From: Xylographa opegraphella
Taxonomy: Eukaryota
Assembly: GCA_022813865.1 (NCBI GenBank)
Contig: JALDZX010000010.1
Coordinates: 1-64,000, forward strand
Length of the DNA stretch: 64,000 nt
Direction of reading: 5' to 3'
Both the position numbers and the translations under genes were made by a program. The notes beneath the pieces are model-generated. The model saw nothing but the letters and a program-made list of their open reading frames with translations. It searched no databases and had not been told where the DNA came from. Positions 26,440-39,007 of this stretch are shown one piece after another. Numbering within the stretch: position 1 is the stretch's first letter; every line of letters starts with the position of its first letter.

Positions 26440-28856
26440 ATGGCTGATACAACTTCGGGTCCCAATGAAGTTCCTCGTTCGGATAAATGCTTTGTCCCAG
26501 GTATTGACATCGACTGGATTGAAGCAGTGTTAAAAGGCACTATCAGCTTGCCAAACTTCCAAGTGGGAGGCGAGGTCGGCATGATCGACGATGAGTCTGC
26601 TGGGGAGTATGGTCATCGGCTACAGCTTTGTTCTAGTGGCCTGTCTACGCCTGTGCATCAGGAGTGCGATTCGGAAGAGCAATTGCGGCACGTCATCTAT
26701 GAGGCTGATATAAATAATCATTGCAACTGTGATATTGCTCCATTCTTCTCCTATGGGACTGGTTTATACGTGGGCGAAAAGCACCACGACCTTGTTTCTA
26801 CTGAACATGAGTACAGCAAAAATGCGCATGTTCATACCGAGCTTGGGCCTATGACAAGAATGGACTGTTTCAGAAGACAGGTAGAATTGTTCGGAGATCC
26901 TGGCGATGTATTGCCTCCCACCCTGGTCGACTCTGGCATCTCCAATGCCATTCTGGTGAACAACGGCTTTAGTATAGAGACCGCTCACACGGCCGAGCTC
27001 GACCATAACATCAATGGCACATGTCTTGACAACGAAGACGCCACGCTTCAGCAGGCCGAAGAAGACAACAACAAAGACCCTGAGTCTGATCCTGAAGATC
27101 TTGCTTTATCCATTGGTGATGACCAGTGGGAGGACGTCTACTACTTTATGCCACTTGAGAGCGACGCTTCTCACATGGAGCTCGCTCGTCCGGCTGATGC
27201 CGACTCCGCTAGCATACCATCAGCTATGGAACCACCGGAAGAAGATCATAAGTCACGTACCTCCGAAACTATAGATGTGGCTACCATGCACGATCGACTT
27301 GGGCCAGATGAAGCTAACGAGGCGGCTGGCACTATAATAGAAACGAGAAATTCGATTGAACCTATTTCGGCGCCTGTGACAGATATTGCCAGGACGTTTA
27401 GCGAAGTCAGCGCGGGCCAAGACCAAGAGACTTGTGGAAGTTCGTATTATGTCGACATGAGCGGTTCTTCTTCGGAAGAAGATGGATTGACGAATATGTC
27501 TGTGGACAACGATTCGGTTTGTATTTGTGTTTCAGACATGGTCGCCCGAGTAGCGAAGGAAGCAAGAGCAAATTTTCTGGCGAGCCTTGCCGAAGTTCTA
27601 CGCTACCTAGTCAAGGAAGACATAGATTTTTCTTACCAGAAGGAGACAAATCCTTGGATAGTTCAGTTGTTTGACAAATGGCTTCACAAAGCTTTTGAAC
27701 ATATCCTGATTGACCTCGAATGTCTCGACGAAGTAACGACTAAGCCTACGTATGGCTCCGGGCATCGTCACATAAATTGCAGAATGTCTGATCTCGTCGA
27801 AGAGCATATTGAGAATGTTGGAAACTCCCTGCTTGCAGAGGTCAAGGCAACTATACTAGTCAAGCATTTCACATCAGATATGGTGAATTTCGAACGCGGA
27901 ACAATCGCTTGGCCGCAGCATGGTACCAAGCATAAATCAATCGTTTCAGTAAATCAGCATTGTCGACTATACGGCGGTCTCAGTGGCCGTATCTCCTTGT
28001 TCCTATTGAACCTCGGGCTCCTTGTTCCTATTGAACCTCGGGCTCCTTGTTCCTATTGAACCTCGGGCTCCTGTTTCCACATAAAAAGATGACGCTACAC
28101 AAGTGCGACCTTGGCGCTGGTCTACGGTTCCAAGGACTCTACCGACAGGGATTCACAGAAACCCCCCTGGACAGATGGGGAGGTCTCGAGTCGCTGCTCG
28201 ATATCCACGAGACCGACGCGGTGATGCAGTCACTGGTCCGTCTTGTTCACAGCTTCGCAGCCAATAGCATGTACCTCAACATCGACGATTCAGACGCCGC
28301 CGAGTTCGGCGAACTGCCTCGTCTCCCTCTTCTGGACGGCGAGGATACAGCCGTGGAGCGCGTGTGGCTCGGTGAGAGGCCCACCGCAAGCTGGAATGCG
28401 CCCTCGGCGACCCAGTTTACTGCCCGCGCCTCGTGCGATTGCTCGCCTGGCCCAACTACCGATCGCCAGGTGGAGGATACGCCCCAGGACCTCACCATAC
28501 CCTTCACCATCAAACACATCTGCCACCAGCCCGAAACGGGTCCCCAGCTAGTCATCGAAGCCGACAACCTGGACTTCTACCGCCTCTACCGACAGTACAT
28601 GGGCGAACACCACCCGGAAGACGCAGCTGGACCGACTATACCAGCGCTGCGCGACCCGGTACGCAGGATCAAGCTCCTCTGTGTCGGGGTGGAGAGGCTC
28701 GATGTCGGCCTTGACGACTTCGAAGCCATGATGCAAAGCTATGGGTGCGAAGACTACACGGGCGCTTGCACGCAATGGCTCCTGCCCCGGAGGGCAAGCG
28801 TGCGGCGTGGCGATGACAGGGGGGTGAGTGTGACCGGGAGGGTGTGGGCTGGGTGA
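26440..28856 (+). CDS. Hypothetical protein, split into 539-aa and 269-aa ORFs by a frameshift at a 25-bp tandem triplication
   Basis: Long acidic ORF 26440-28059 overlaps ORF 28047-28856; the two join in frame if two of the three repeat units are removed. No domain recognised. Confidence 0.55.
27993..28072 (+). repeat. Perfect 25-bp tandem repeat, 3 copies plus partial (CTCCTTGTTCCTATTGAACCTCGGG)
   Basis: Identical units at 27993, 28018 and 28043, then CTCCT. Confidence 0.97.
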
Positions 28857-29334
28857 GTGAGTGAGTAGAGGGCTTGGGTTGTACATACATACATTCGTTA
28901 TCGAGTATCGAGCCTATCATACCTCCTTGTTCTAGCTACCTACGTGGCTGTCGGTATGCGTGCAATACTATCCCCACCCCTAGTGCCCTCCCTCCCTTAT
29001 AGACCGAAACCACGAGTCCCACCCTCCCCTATTCCACACCCTCCTCCCTCCCCCAACTTACCAAACTACCTACCCATCGCAACGATCTCGCGCCTCAGCT
29101 CTAAGCTTCAGAAACCCCGTAGAATAAGCTAGCCATCCCGCTCGCCTGAGCGCTGCCCAATACCACCCTTACCTTCCCCCTCCTCCCTCACCCCCCACAG
29201 CGCACGGGTCCGCCGACTGCCGTCTCCCGCACCGCGCGCACGAAACGCCCGAGATAAAAGCTATCAAAATCAAGAGTATAGAACCGTATCCAGAAATTCG
29301 CGAGGCGGGAGGGTTGTGGGGGGTGTTTGTGATT

Positions 29335-29605
29335 GGCGGCTAAGAATCCCCTTGCCCATCCCTCCAATCCAGAGCATAGAGCATTCTACTCACAGCCACG
29401 CAAACCCCCTCATCGTCCACGGACGAGCAAGCCGCAGCTTCATCGAGGGGGACTCCCTGCCACGAAGACGAGCTACGGGGTTTCGCCGGCGTGTAGGACG
29501 ATGCCTCACCAGACCCTTGGCCCTGTCCCAGAAGGCCGTTTCTTCAGGGAACAAAAGGGGGGGGGGGGNTACCCGCATGGAGGGATAGCAGGAAAAGTAG
29601 CGGAG
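29335..29605 (-). ncRNA. Candidate structured non-coding RNA, family unknown
   Basis: Nested complementary segments: 29358-29366/29578-29586, 29405-29411/29445-29451, 29413-29418/29421-29426, 29429-29432/29437-29440, 29454-29459/29545-29550, 29519-29524/29532-29537. G-U pairs favour the minus strand. Confidence 0.35.
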
Positions 29606-29954
29606 GGGGCGTGTGGTGAAGATGTAGACTATGGCCCGGGGGGGGAAGTGGTGCGAGGGTACGGGCCGCGAGGGTGCGGGGACGTGGATGAGAGAGGGAG
29701 CGGAGGCGATGGGTGTGTGCGTGGACGAGGGTGGATAGAATAGGAGTAGGTAAGGTAGGTAGGTGATTGTGGAGCGATAGCATGGTAAGGAAGTAGTACG
29801 GCAAGACGATCTCCGTTGCGGTTTCATGGCGCAGGTTTTTCGTCGAGAAACAAGTCTAGCATATCGTCCTCTCAACCACCCGCACCCCCTCTCCACTCTC
29901 GCACTCACCCACCCCCTTCCTATCTACCCACTCTCCCACTCACACGCCCCCTAT

Positions 29955-32317
29955 CTACCCACTCTCCCGCCCTAGCCGCGCCAACTCCCCCGTCACAAAA
30001 TCCTCCGCGTTCACAAGATCCGTACTTCCATACACCACCCTCCTCCTCGGCGCGCCCACAGCCCCACCCGCTCCCCCGCCCCCAGTCCGCTTGGCCCAGT
30101 CCTGCAGGTTGCCATACTCGTCCATACTGCCGCCGCCGACGGTGAACACGATGGCCTCGCTGAAACCCTGGCGGCGCTGACCGAAGCTGGCGCCCGACCC
30201 CGGCGCCACGCCAGCCGACATGCCCGCCTGCTGGTTCCGCACCTGCGAGGCGGCGGGCATGGAGCCCCTGGCGTTGGCGGAGCGCGGGTCGAAGTAGAGG
30301 TAGTTCTCGGTTTTGGCGATGGCGGACGAGGAGGCGGAGGCGGGGTCCATGATGGACTCGGTGATCTTCGTGACCGTGAGGGCTTTGTTCGCCGGGAGGA
30401 AGTTCTTGACGCCGGAGATGAGGTTCTCGAAATTGGCGCCGAGCGCGCCATCTTTGAAGCGGTCCGTGAGCCGGTTACCGATGGAGCTGAAGCCGCGGAA
30501 GATCTCGTTGCTCGTGGATGCTGGGGCCGGTTGAGCGGGTGCAGAGGTCATCATGGTCATCCGCGTGACTTCGCGGACCCTGGGGAACGTTAGCCTCGAG
30601 ACCTGTATGGGTGAACATCATGTTAGGTATAGTCACCGCTTCACGTAGTTGAGCGCAGTGATATCAGCCCCGGCCCTTGTGAGCGCTTCTTCGAAACGCT
30701 CCATGTCAGCTCTGGAGACATCTTGTTCTGTGCTTAGGAACCAGATGATGAACAACCGAAGCTTGTCGAGCGGTTCCTTGCCCTTCGCTTCATCATTCAA
30801 CAGTTCTAGCATTTGGACCTTCGATTGCTTTGTGATATTTTCTTCGATTTGGTAATAATTGTCTAATTGTCGGTCTTTGATACCCTTCAAGAGAGCCGTG
30901 GCGATGTTCATGTGCATATCGAGAATCGCTTTTCGTTCTCTTAATTCCGGAAGAAGTGTGATTGCGGCCTTCAAATGTTGCGCAGAAGCACTCGTGTCGT
31001 TCTGCAAATCCTCCAGTGACGATGCTCCTGTTTTCCGTGTTATGTCATTGGCGTCGTCCTTGTACTTTGTCAACTCGGTGTCGATATCTTCCGCCACTTG
31101 AGGAAATGGCACGCCGGCATTCCGGGACCAGAAGAAGTCGTTCGAGTTCAAGTCATACGACTTCTTCGTGGTGCCCTTTGTCGGATTGCTCTCGTCGATC
31201 GGAGTCTCTACCGTAATCCGATTCAGGTGCATCTTCAATACATCGTGCACGAGGGATTGATACGTCCATGAGTGGGAGAGCATCGGGATAAGATCAACAC
31301 TGCGGTCCAGAATGACGAGAACAGGTCTTGACGTTGATGTTCCGGTTGCGGTTGACGGTCGCTGACCTTGATTGGAGAAAAGGTTGTCTTTCGAATTGAG
31401 TATATGATCTCGGAGTTTTCGATCGAGTTTGGTAGCGATCATTTCTGCGGCACCCCCTTTTGGACACCTAATAATAGGAATAGCACCTTGAACGTATGTT
31501 AGCTTGGTGGAAGTATATCCACGAGATGTGTACTCACCCATTGTAACCACTACACTGAAAAGACCCGTAACAATGCGGTCAATCATGGAATCCAGGTCAT
31601 CATCCGCGGTTTGCGCACTGTTGAGGGCCCAATATGTTTCCTTTCCCATTGCCAGGCTAAACAGATCTGGCTCGCCGACGATAAAGTTCAAATACTGATC
31701 ATAGACTTGAGCGATACTTTCAGAAGTTGCCGAGCTCGCGACCTGGGCGGCGAAATCTTCCATCAGCGGCCGCGATATTGAGTACAGAAAATTTATGTAG
31801 GCATCTGAGTAGAGGTTCCGTGAGAGGTCGGACGCAATCAGTTGTAGATTTGCAGCTGTGGGTTCGACAAGGTATAAGACTGGTACATCTGGGATCTGAT
31901 GGCGCTGGGAGTTTATGTGTCTGGAAAGGAGCCTTGCGTCAGCAGAAGCAATATCGAACAGGTCTCACGGCAGGCAGAAGCTCTACTTACAGATGTATTG
32001 TTACGCCCCACCCTCGCAGGTCATTGACCCGCAGCACGCTGCTAATCACATCCCGGCCGAGATCGTCAAATACCAGTACCTTCCATATTGGATCCCCATC
32101 GGAATTCAGTATGGGTGTAGCCTTCGGAGTGTGTCCGTTGGTAGCAAGAGCATCGTTGTGGGAGGCTGAAGTCTCAGGAGCGGGGTGGTTGAGGTTGAGT
32201 ATTTTCTCGATGGATGCTTTGGAGGCACCTCGTTAGCAAACTGGCCGTGGCCTGAAAAGCAGCGCTGGAAGGCCTACCTACTTGCCGATCTCGAAGAGAC
32301 TGCTGTTGTGAAACCAT
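29955..32317 (-). CDS. SLY1: Sec1/Munc18-family protein Sly1
   Basis: [16 protein letters not shown]...[67 protein letters not shown]. Four introns. Confidence 0.95.
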
Positions 32318-33239
32318 GGTCCTAGGGCTTCCAGGTTATGTAATCATACCCTGACCACTACTTCGAGCTTCTGTGTATTTGCGTTCAGCGCATCGACAGC
32401 ATCGGTCATAACAAGCATCCACCGAGCGTCCGAATGCGTGGTGTTCGACACGAGCTGGCAGCTTCGCCATTGGACGTTTGCAGAGCCGCTTACGTAGCGC
32501 CTTGGCACGGCCTACTCAAAGTCGACGTCGCGAAGCTCTAAACTTTTCACTCCACCTCACCACCTCACCTGCACTCTCTTTCCCTCTCAACGCCTCTTCT
32601 CCCTCCACCATCTCCGTCGTCTCTCACGACACCACAGATCTCGTAAAGCAGTTGAAGCTACCAATAATTGATGAATGCATGGGGCGCCGTGCATGATCGC
32701 GTCACCAGGCATCCACTACGTGCGGATAGGTTGCGTGGGGTGGTGAGCGTGTTTTCGTGGATAACAGTAAGGTACTACGGGGCGACGTGATAAATACGGG
32801 GACGCTGCTGGGAGCAGAGGCTGTACATGGTAAAACTACTGAAGCCTGCCATTACCTAAGGAAGAAAGTGTTGAATTTGAAGGGCTGAACGCCGCGTCGA
32901 AGGTGTTGAGAGGGGAATTGATTCTTGCGTGGGTGTTTCAGCACCACAGTTCTACGGAGTCCTCGTACTCTCTCGTACGGGCGGACCCAGAGATTGTCGC
33001 TCCTTTTCACTCTTTTCCACCATAACCATAACCTTAGCTAAGGTACCTGAAGTTCGGCAAAAGTCTGGGTGCGCTTCTCGGACTTTGCAGCACAGCGCGG
33101 AAAAGTGACCAACAAAATCGTTACATCACCCGGCCTGCTCCGCCCTTGAAGGCTCCTTTAGGCTTAGCGTCTCTGCGACTAGCGAGGTGAGATCGGGCCC
33201 AGTGTGAAAGCGGTTAGCGCCCGGTGGGCGGAACAAAAC

Positions 33240-36200
33240 ATGATGGATTCTCTCCCGCTTCAGACTCTTCAGGGACAGCAGACGCAGAATCAGACTCAGA
33301 CTCAGAACCAGAATCAGAATCAGAATCAACATCAGCGTCAGCATCAGGGACAGCCGAACAATCATGTTGATCTCGCGGCCACGTCTTATAATTACCCGCC
33401 CAATGCACCGAATGATGCTTTCCATAATTATTTTAATAATAATCCGGCCTCGTCCTTCAATGCTCCGTGGGGAAGCGAGGCCATCGACCCTCGAATTCAA
33501 CGCAACGCTTTTGCCCAAACTTCTCCCGCTTGGCACCACACCGCACTCAACGCTCAAGGCTCCCTCCAAACACCTCATTACGGGCTGCCAGCGTCGGGCT
33601 ACGACAATGCATTTGCCAGACCTCAAGATGCATATTCCTATGCTGGATACCATAATCAGCAACCCCTGTCGTTCGCCAATAACGACTACGACCCAGCACT
33701 GACATACGGAACCGGCGCATTGCTAGATGATGCAGCCTTTGTCGATCACGGATCCCACAGTTATGGGAACTCGGACGTACAGGAACAGACCATCTCACCC
33801 TCTGCCCTGCAAAGCTTCGCGTATCCACCATTTCCGGCCGCTTCGGACGATCCAGTATGTTGCGCTCGTACCCTTTCGGTTGAAAGTCTAACGATAGTTG
33901 CAGATCCCACCGGCTCGTAGTAATGACGCTCAGCTGGCTCCACGAAAGGCGGATGAACCGGCTGTACCTCCCCAAATGCAGTACGATGATCGTCAAGCGG
34001 AGCTCGTATCCGCTAGTATTCCAAGCGGTGTAATCACGAATGAACTTTCGGTTAGAGACCCAGCTGCATTGACAGACGCTACTAAGTCGACCAACTTCAC
34101 GGGATTCGTGTTTATTGGTGGGAATACCGTAGATTCGGACGATTCGAGAGGTAAGCAAGACTATCATACCTTCCAAAGTGGAGAAATTTTGCTAAGCCAC
34201 CGAGCAGTGATACTTCCCAAAACGGTACATCGACGATCTGTGAAGGACCTGAAACGACAAGTTCGAATTGGTAAGACCATCGGTGCAATGCTAACGTGAA
34301 ACCCTAACTGACGGCCTCTTTAAGCACAAGGAAATGAACCCTGGACCAAAGAGCAACAGCCTCTCGCCAAGAAATTGAGGCTAAGTAAGAATGATAACTT
34401 GGTGCCAGCAGCGAGTAGATCGTTAGTGAACGGCAGTGGAGTCCCAAATAAACCCGAGTCATCATCAGATTCCGCGAGCGAGTCGGGATCGGACGAAGAA
34501 TCCGACTATGAATCCGACTCGGACGAACAACCGGAAACTGATATACCAGATATTCTACAGTCGGCCCGTCCTACTGATTCCATGAAAGCTATCGAGTATG
34601 ATGTGGTTGAGACTGTATGGCGACAACCGAATCAGCGCGTTGGGCCTGAAGATATCCGCTCCGCCCTTGGAAGGTATGAGAAACTTATCAAGGAGCTACG
34701 CGACAAATGGAAGCAAGAAGAGAATGCTGTAACCCAAGCGGAGGAGAAGAAAGACCAAGCGCTGGTGGACAAGTGTAAAGCTCGCGCGGCTGCTCGTCTT
34801 AAGGTCTTGGAGAATGCCTGTCGATTGACGGAGCAGTATGGACACCAGGACATTGTTGGAAGGTATGTATATCTTTGCTTACTTCTCACATTTTGGTATC
34901 TCGTAAGGACGCGTTTGTCCCCACGCTACTTCGAATCCTCTTCACCAGCATCGGGTTGGCAGAATAAACCATTGAATGTAATGTGTAGAGAGTATGCCAG
35001 CTCCGCAGGACAGCTTTAGGTCTATTACCGGGCTCGTGCTATTGCGACGGATGCTAGGCTGTACTTTTAAGTTGCCTTATGCTCTGAAGAAGGCTGGATG
35101 ATGCCTGTAACAAGGCTTTCAAGCTCTTGATTGTATACCTCGCTCGCCCAAGTCAGAGAGAATAACGGTCCTGAGTGTCCACAAGGGACCGAAGTGGGTT
35201 CGTCTTCGATGATGTTGTAGCACCCAAGACGAACCCATTTCTCAGAATTGCATATCCTTCTCTTGCCACAAGTTATTGATCAAAAGGAGACCTGCTAATG
35301 CCGGTCCAGACTAGGAGAAATCCCACTCTTATGCCTTGCGTTTGCTCAGCTTCTGGTGGATCGCATCAAAATTAGCGATGAAAACGGAACGTGTGTTACC
35401 AGCGTACTGCTGGTGAGTGAACCGATGTACTTTCTCTAATTCGTGTCCCCTAACAATCGTTAGTTAATGGCACGCTTCGATACTATAAACCAAAAAGGGT
35501 GGGAAGGAGCAAGGGTTGAGAAAACGCTTCTCAGGCTCATGAAAAGGAGCAATGAAAAGACCAAAGTTCTTGCCCAACGAGTTCTGGACGAGGCGGAGCA
35601 GTACTTGAAGGATAAGTCTGCAGATAGTAAGAGTGCTCAAACCGTAGAAGTCTCTAAAGCAGGCGCTCTCAATATGCCCAACCGTCCAGCACAGTCTTCC
35701 GAGCCAGTGTCTACGCTGAAACGACCGCGAGAGCCTACAACCCCAGCGGTGGTTGTGCCAAAGAAGTCGAACTCGATAGCTTCGTCCAGGCAAGGCTCTG
35801 CCAATGCTCCTAAAACCGCCGGTACGTTAGGCAAAGCCACCCTCTCAACAAAGCCGGATGGAAAGACTTCAAGCACATCGACAGCGGTAAGCACAACAGC
35901 GCCTAAGGTCAAAGTCAATCATGTGGTGGCCAAACCTTCTGTATTTGCAAGTCTTCAATCTGCCTCTAAAAAGCCAGGCACTTCTCTCGCTGCTTTGAAA
36001 GCTGCACAACAAAGTGACGCTAAAGGAAGGTAAGCTGCGAGATAAACACGTTGTGGATCATTGATTACAGAAGCTAATTTACTTGCAGTAAGCCTAGCGA
36101 AGGTCGGGCCGCGGCTGCAGCAGGTGCTTCTGCTCCCAAACCCACATTTTCATTTGCTGAAACCATGGCAAATTTAACCAAACCCAAGGAGGTACCCTTG

Positions 36201-37521
36201 ACAACAAAGGCCGAAGAGAATATGCCCCCCGAGACTGAAGAGGAGAAAAAGAAACGACTTCGTAAAGAAGAACGTCGTAAACTACGTGTATCGTTCAAGC
36301 CTGATGATAGTCTAACTGAAGTACGCACTTTTGTCCATGACCCAGAAGAAGAAATGGGACATGATGACAGTATGATACGAGACGTTGGTGACGTTGGTGG
36401 TGAAGGGCGAATGTTGAAAATGCACAAGGATCTCGAAGGGTTGGACGAAGATGAAGAGGGCATGAACACTGAAGAATTGCTTGCCCCCTGGAACCCGCCG
36501 AGCTGTAAGTGTTCTAATTTCGTCGTATAATCTTTTGCTGATTTGAAGTCCAGTGGTGGATTTCAGCGTTGTGGAAGCGGAAGAACTTGCTCGCAACTGT
36601 GTCACTCGTGGTGGTAAGGTTGAAGTTCGAAGCAAAGAACGAGCTGTCCAGGAACAACGAGAGTTAACGGTTCTGATGGCGTTCTACACTTCCCTCGCCG
36701 ATGTACCATCATCACCTAGGGAGCCTGCAGACCCATACTCTGGTGAAGTGAGTACAGAACTTATGTTCGGCGCTCCATCAGACGAGACAAAGGTAACATC
36801 TATCTCATGTTTGATACTTTGCTATCCTATCTAATGCGTTTTGAAGAGGCGCGAAGCACAATATTATATGTCGCAAAGTCGTTACGTCCGTCCGACGAGC
36901 GCGCCTCCAGTAGCCGCTGCACAAGCGCCCGACATCAGTGCACTACTACAGATCTTGAACAGCCAGCAGCCAGCAGCAGCGCCTCAGCAATATCAAGCAC
37001 CACAGTCTCAATCTACTGGACTGGAAGCAATTTTCGCTCAGTTTTCGGGTAAACAACCCGCAGCACCACAGCCTGCTGTACCTCAGCAACTCGGACTTCT
37101 TGATCCTGGTATACAAGCTGCGCTGGCTGCGGTAAATGGACAAAACTATGGTCAGCAAACCTACGCGCCGCCGGCTCCACCTGTTCCGAGCCAAACGCCT
37201 GATCTCCAGGCTCTCTTGTCTCAACTGGGGCAACTATCAAACTCACCGCAACAGAGTTACAATTACCAGAGTGCCTTTCCAAGCGATGGGAGCCGCAAAC
37301 GCCAATATAACCATGATGACCAGCGCCACGAAGACCAGTACTCTGCCGGAAAAACTGTTCGAGGAAACAATGGAAAGAAGGTAACGAGACCTGTCCACAT
37401 TGCACCTCTATCCTAAACGCTAACAGTGATTCAGTTCTTTGGTGTTCCGACAGTACCGTGTCGTTTCTGGCAAGAAGGGAAATGTAAGAAAGGTGATGAA
37501 TGTACATTTCTTCACGAGTAG
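33240..37521 (+). CDS. PNUTS/Ppn1-like PP1 regulatory subunit with C-terminal CCCH zinc finger
   Basis: PP1-docking RVxF plus downstream hydrophobic pair (RKLRVSFKPDDSLTEVRTF). Helical TFIIS-N-like segment at about 35310-35610. Terminal exon CRFWQEGKCKKGDECTFLHE. About 9 introns, including a 447-nt intron at 34863-35309. Confidence 0.7.
33277..33348 (+). repeat. Coding hexanucleotide microsatellite (CAGACT/CAGAAT) encoding a QT/QN/QH tract
   Basis: cagacgcagaatcagactcagactcagaaccagaatcagaatcagaat... Confidence 0.85.
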
Positions 37522-37777
37522 GCTTGTCCGTGTCAACGGACACTGATATCTGGATCTGTGGTGCTTGCACCTCGACACTTTTGCACCGATAGCATGATTA
37601 GGCGCCTACTATCGCAGTTAGCGAGCATTTTAGCGGGCGGGTCTGGTTCCAGTTAGCCGAGGGAGGACTCCTCGGCTCATATTGCAACTTCAAGCCACAT
37701 GCCACAGGCATTTTGCAATTTCAAAGACCATTAATGACGAGACATAACCCTGAATTTCCATCATGGAGCAATGTGAT

Positions 37778-38950
37778 ATGCTTGACGATGTCTCAGATCT
37801 GAATCACCTGATCATTGTATGCTGCCACGCAATCTGGCTCGGTGGACCCACCAACGGCGCCGACGAAGCTGAGTGGTTCGATTTCCTATATTTCCTGTAA
37901 TGCAAAGCACAGAAGACCTTCGCTCCCTAGTCATGCAAGCCAGCCGTTCCTCTTTCCCAGATTCCACTTCCCAGCCTCCCATGCAAGCAGCCCGTTACCA
38001 ACCACGTATCATGTAGGGCGATCGAGCCATTCCAGCACGGCGAGAACGCCAACCTTCATCGAGCATATCAAAGCTGGTTTGCAGGCCCTCACCGAAACGG
38101 AGGGAGGCGAGCTCGTGCTCTCAGGGTATGTGTGTCTCCCTCTCCTGCGACACGCCTGCGCCCGCTGGTGTTGACCACCCGCTGTCTGCAGCGCCGCTAC
38201 CAAGCCCGCTCGGACGAGCTTGACCGAGACGGAATCCTACCTCGTACGTCCGGGTGCCCTTTCGCTTCTTCCACCCTCACCACCCCTCTACCAGTCGCGG
38301 ACGCACCGCCCCGTACTAGCTCCCCACCCCGTCCAGCGAAGGTCCCCACCTCCTCATCTCGAACCCCGCCCCCCGGTGTACCCATCTCCTACCCCAACTC
38401 CCCAATCCACTAACCACCCCACAGGCCCTCTCCCTCTCCCTCCCCCCCTCCCCCCCTTCCACCCACCGCATCCTCCTCAACCCCCACGCCACCGACTCCC
38501 TGAAAAACATCCTCGTCTCCCTCCTCGCCTACCACGCTCGCCCCCCATCCACCATCACCCTCATCTCGCACGCCTTCAAGCGCGCGCGCTTCCTGGACAT
38601 GCATTGCCCCGCGCTGAGGTGGCCGCGCGCGAGGGTGCGTTGTGTGCGTGTGGATCCGTCGATGGGAGTTGGGGGAAGGGGAAGAGGGTGCTGGTGGGGA
38701 GGGGGGAGGAGCGCGCGAGGGGGCTGTGGGTGAGGGGTTTGTATGGGGTTGGGGGGGAAGAGGAGAGGGAGGGGGGGGGGAGGGGGGGAGAGGGTGGTGA
38801 GAGCTTATGGAGGGGGAAGGGGGAGGGAGTGGGTGAGGGGGTTGGTGGAGTGGGGGGGTGGGGGAGCGAGCGTGGTGGTGTATACCTTGAGGGGTGGGTG
38901 CCGCGGGATGTGGGGGCCGGTGAAGAGCGGGATGTGCGTGCATAAGCTGC
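37778..38950 (+). pseudogene. YOR238W-like (DUF218-related) gene with at least two frameshifts
   Basis: [23 protein letters not shown]...W / AIEPFQHGE / TPTFIEHIKAGL...LVLSG / ATDSLKNIL / ISHAFKRARFLDMHC. Extra A at about 38045 and a second frame change at about 38660-38700. Could be sequencing error. Confidence 0.65.
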
Positions 38951-39007
38951 AAGTCGCGGCCGTGTGTTGCCAAATGATGGTCATGATAGGAGTGAGGATG
39001 GATACGG

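Noticed and set aside
27993..28072. Direct repeats as a CRISPR array
   Set aside because: No spacers between units, eukaryotic context, no cas genes.
29450..29550. Hammerhead-like words on the minus strand (CUGAAGA, CUGGUGA, CGAAAC) and an HDV-like CG-UCCUACA-CG loop
   Set aside because: The required stems (hammerhead I/II, HDV P1) cannot be formed around these cores.
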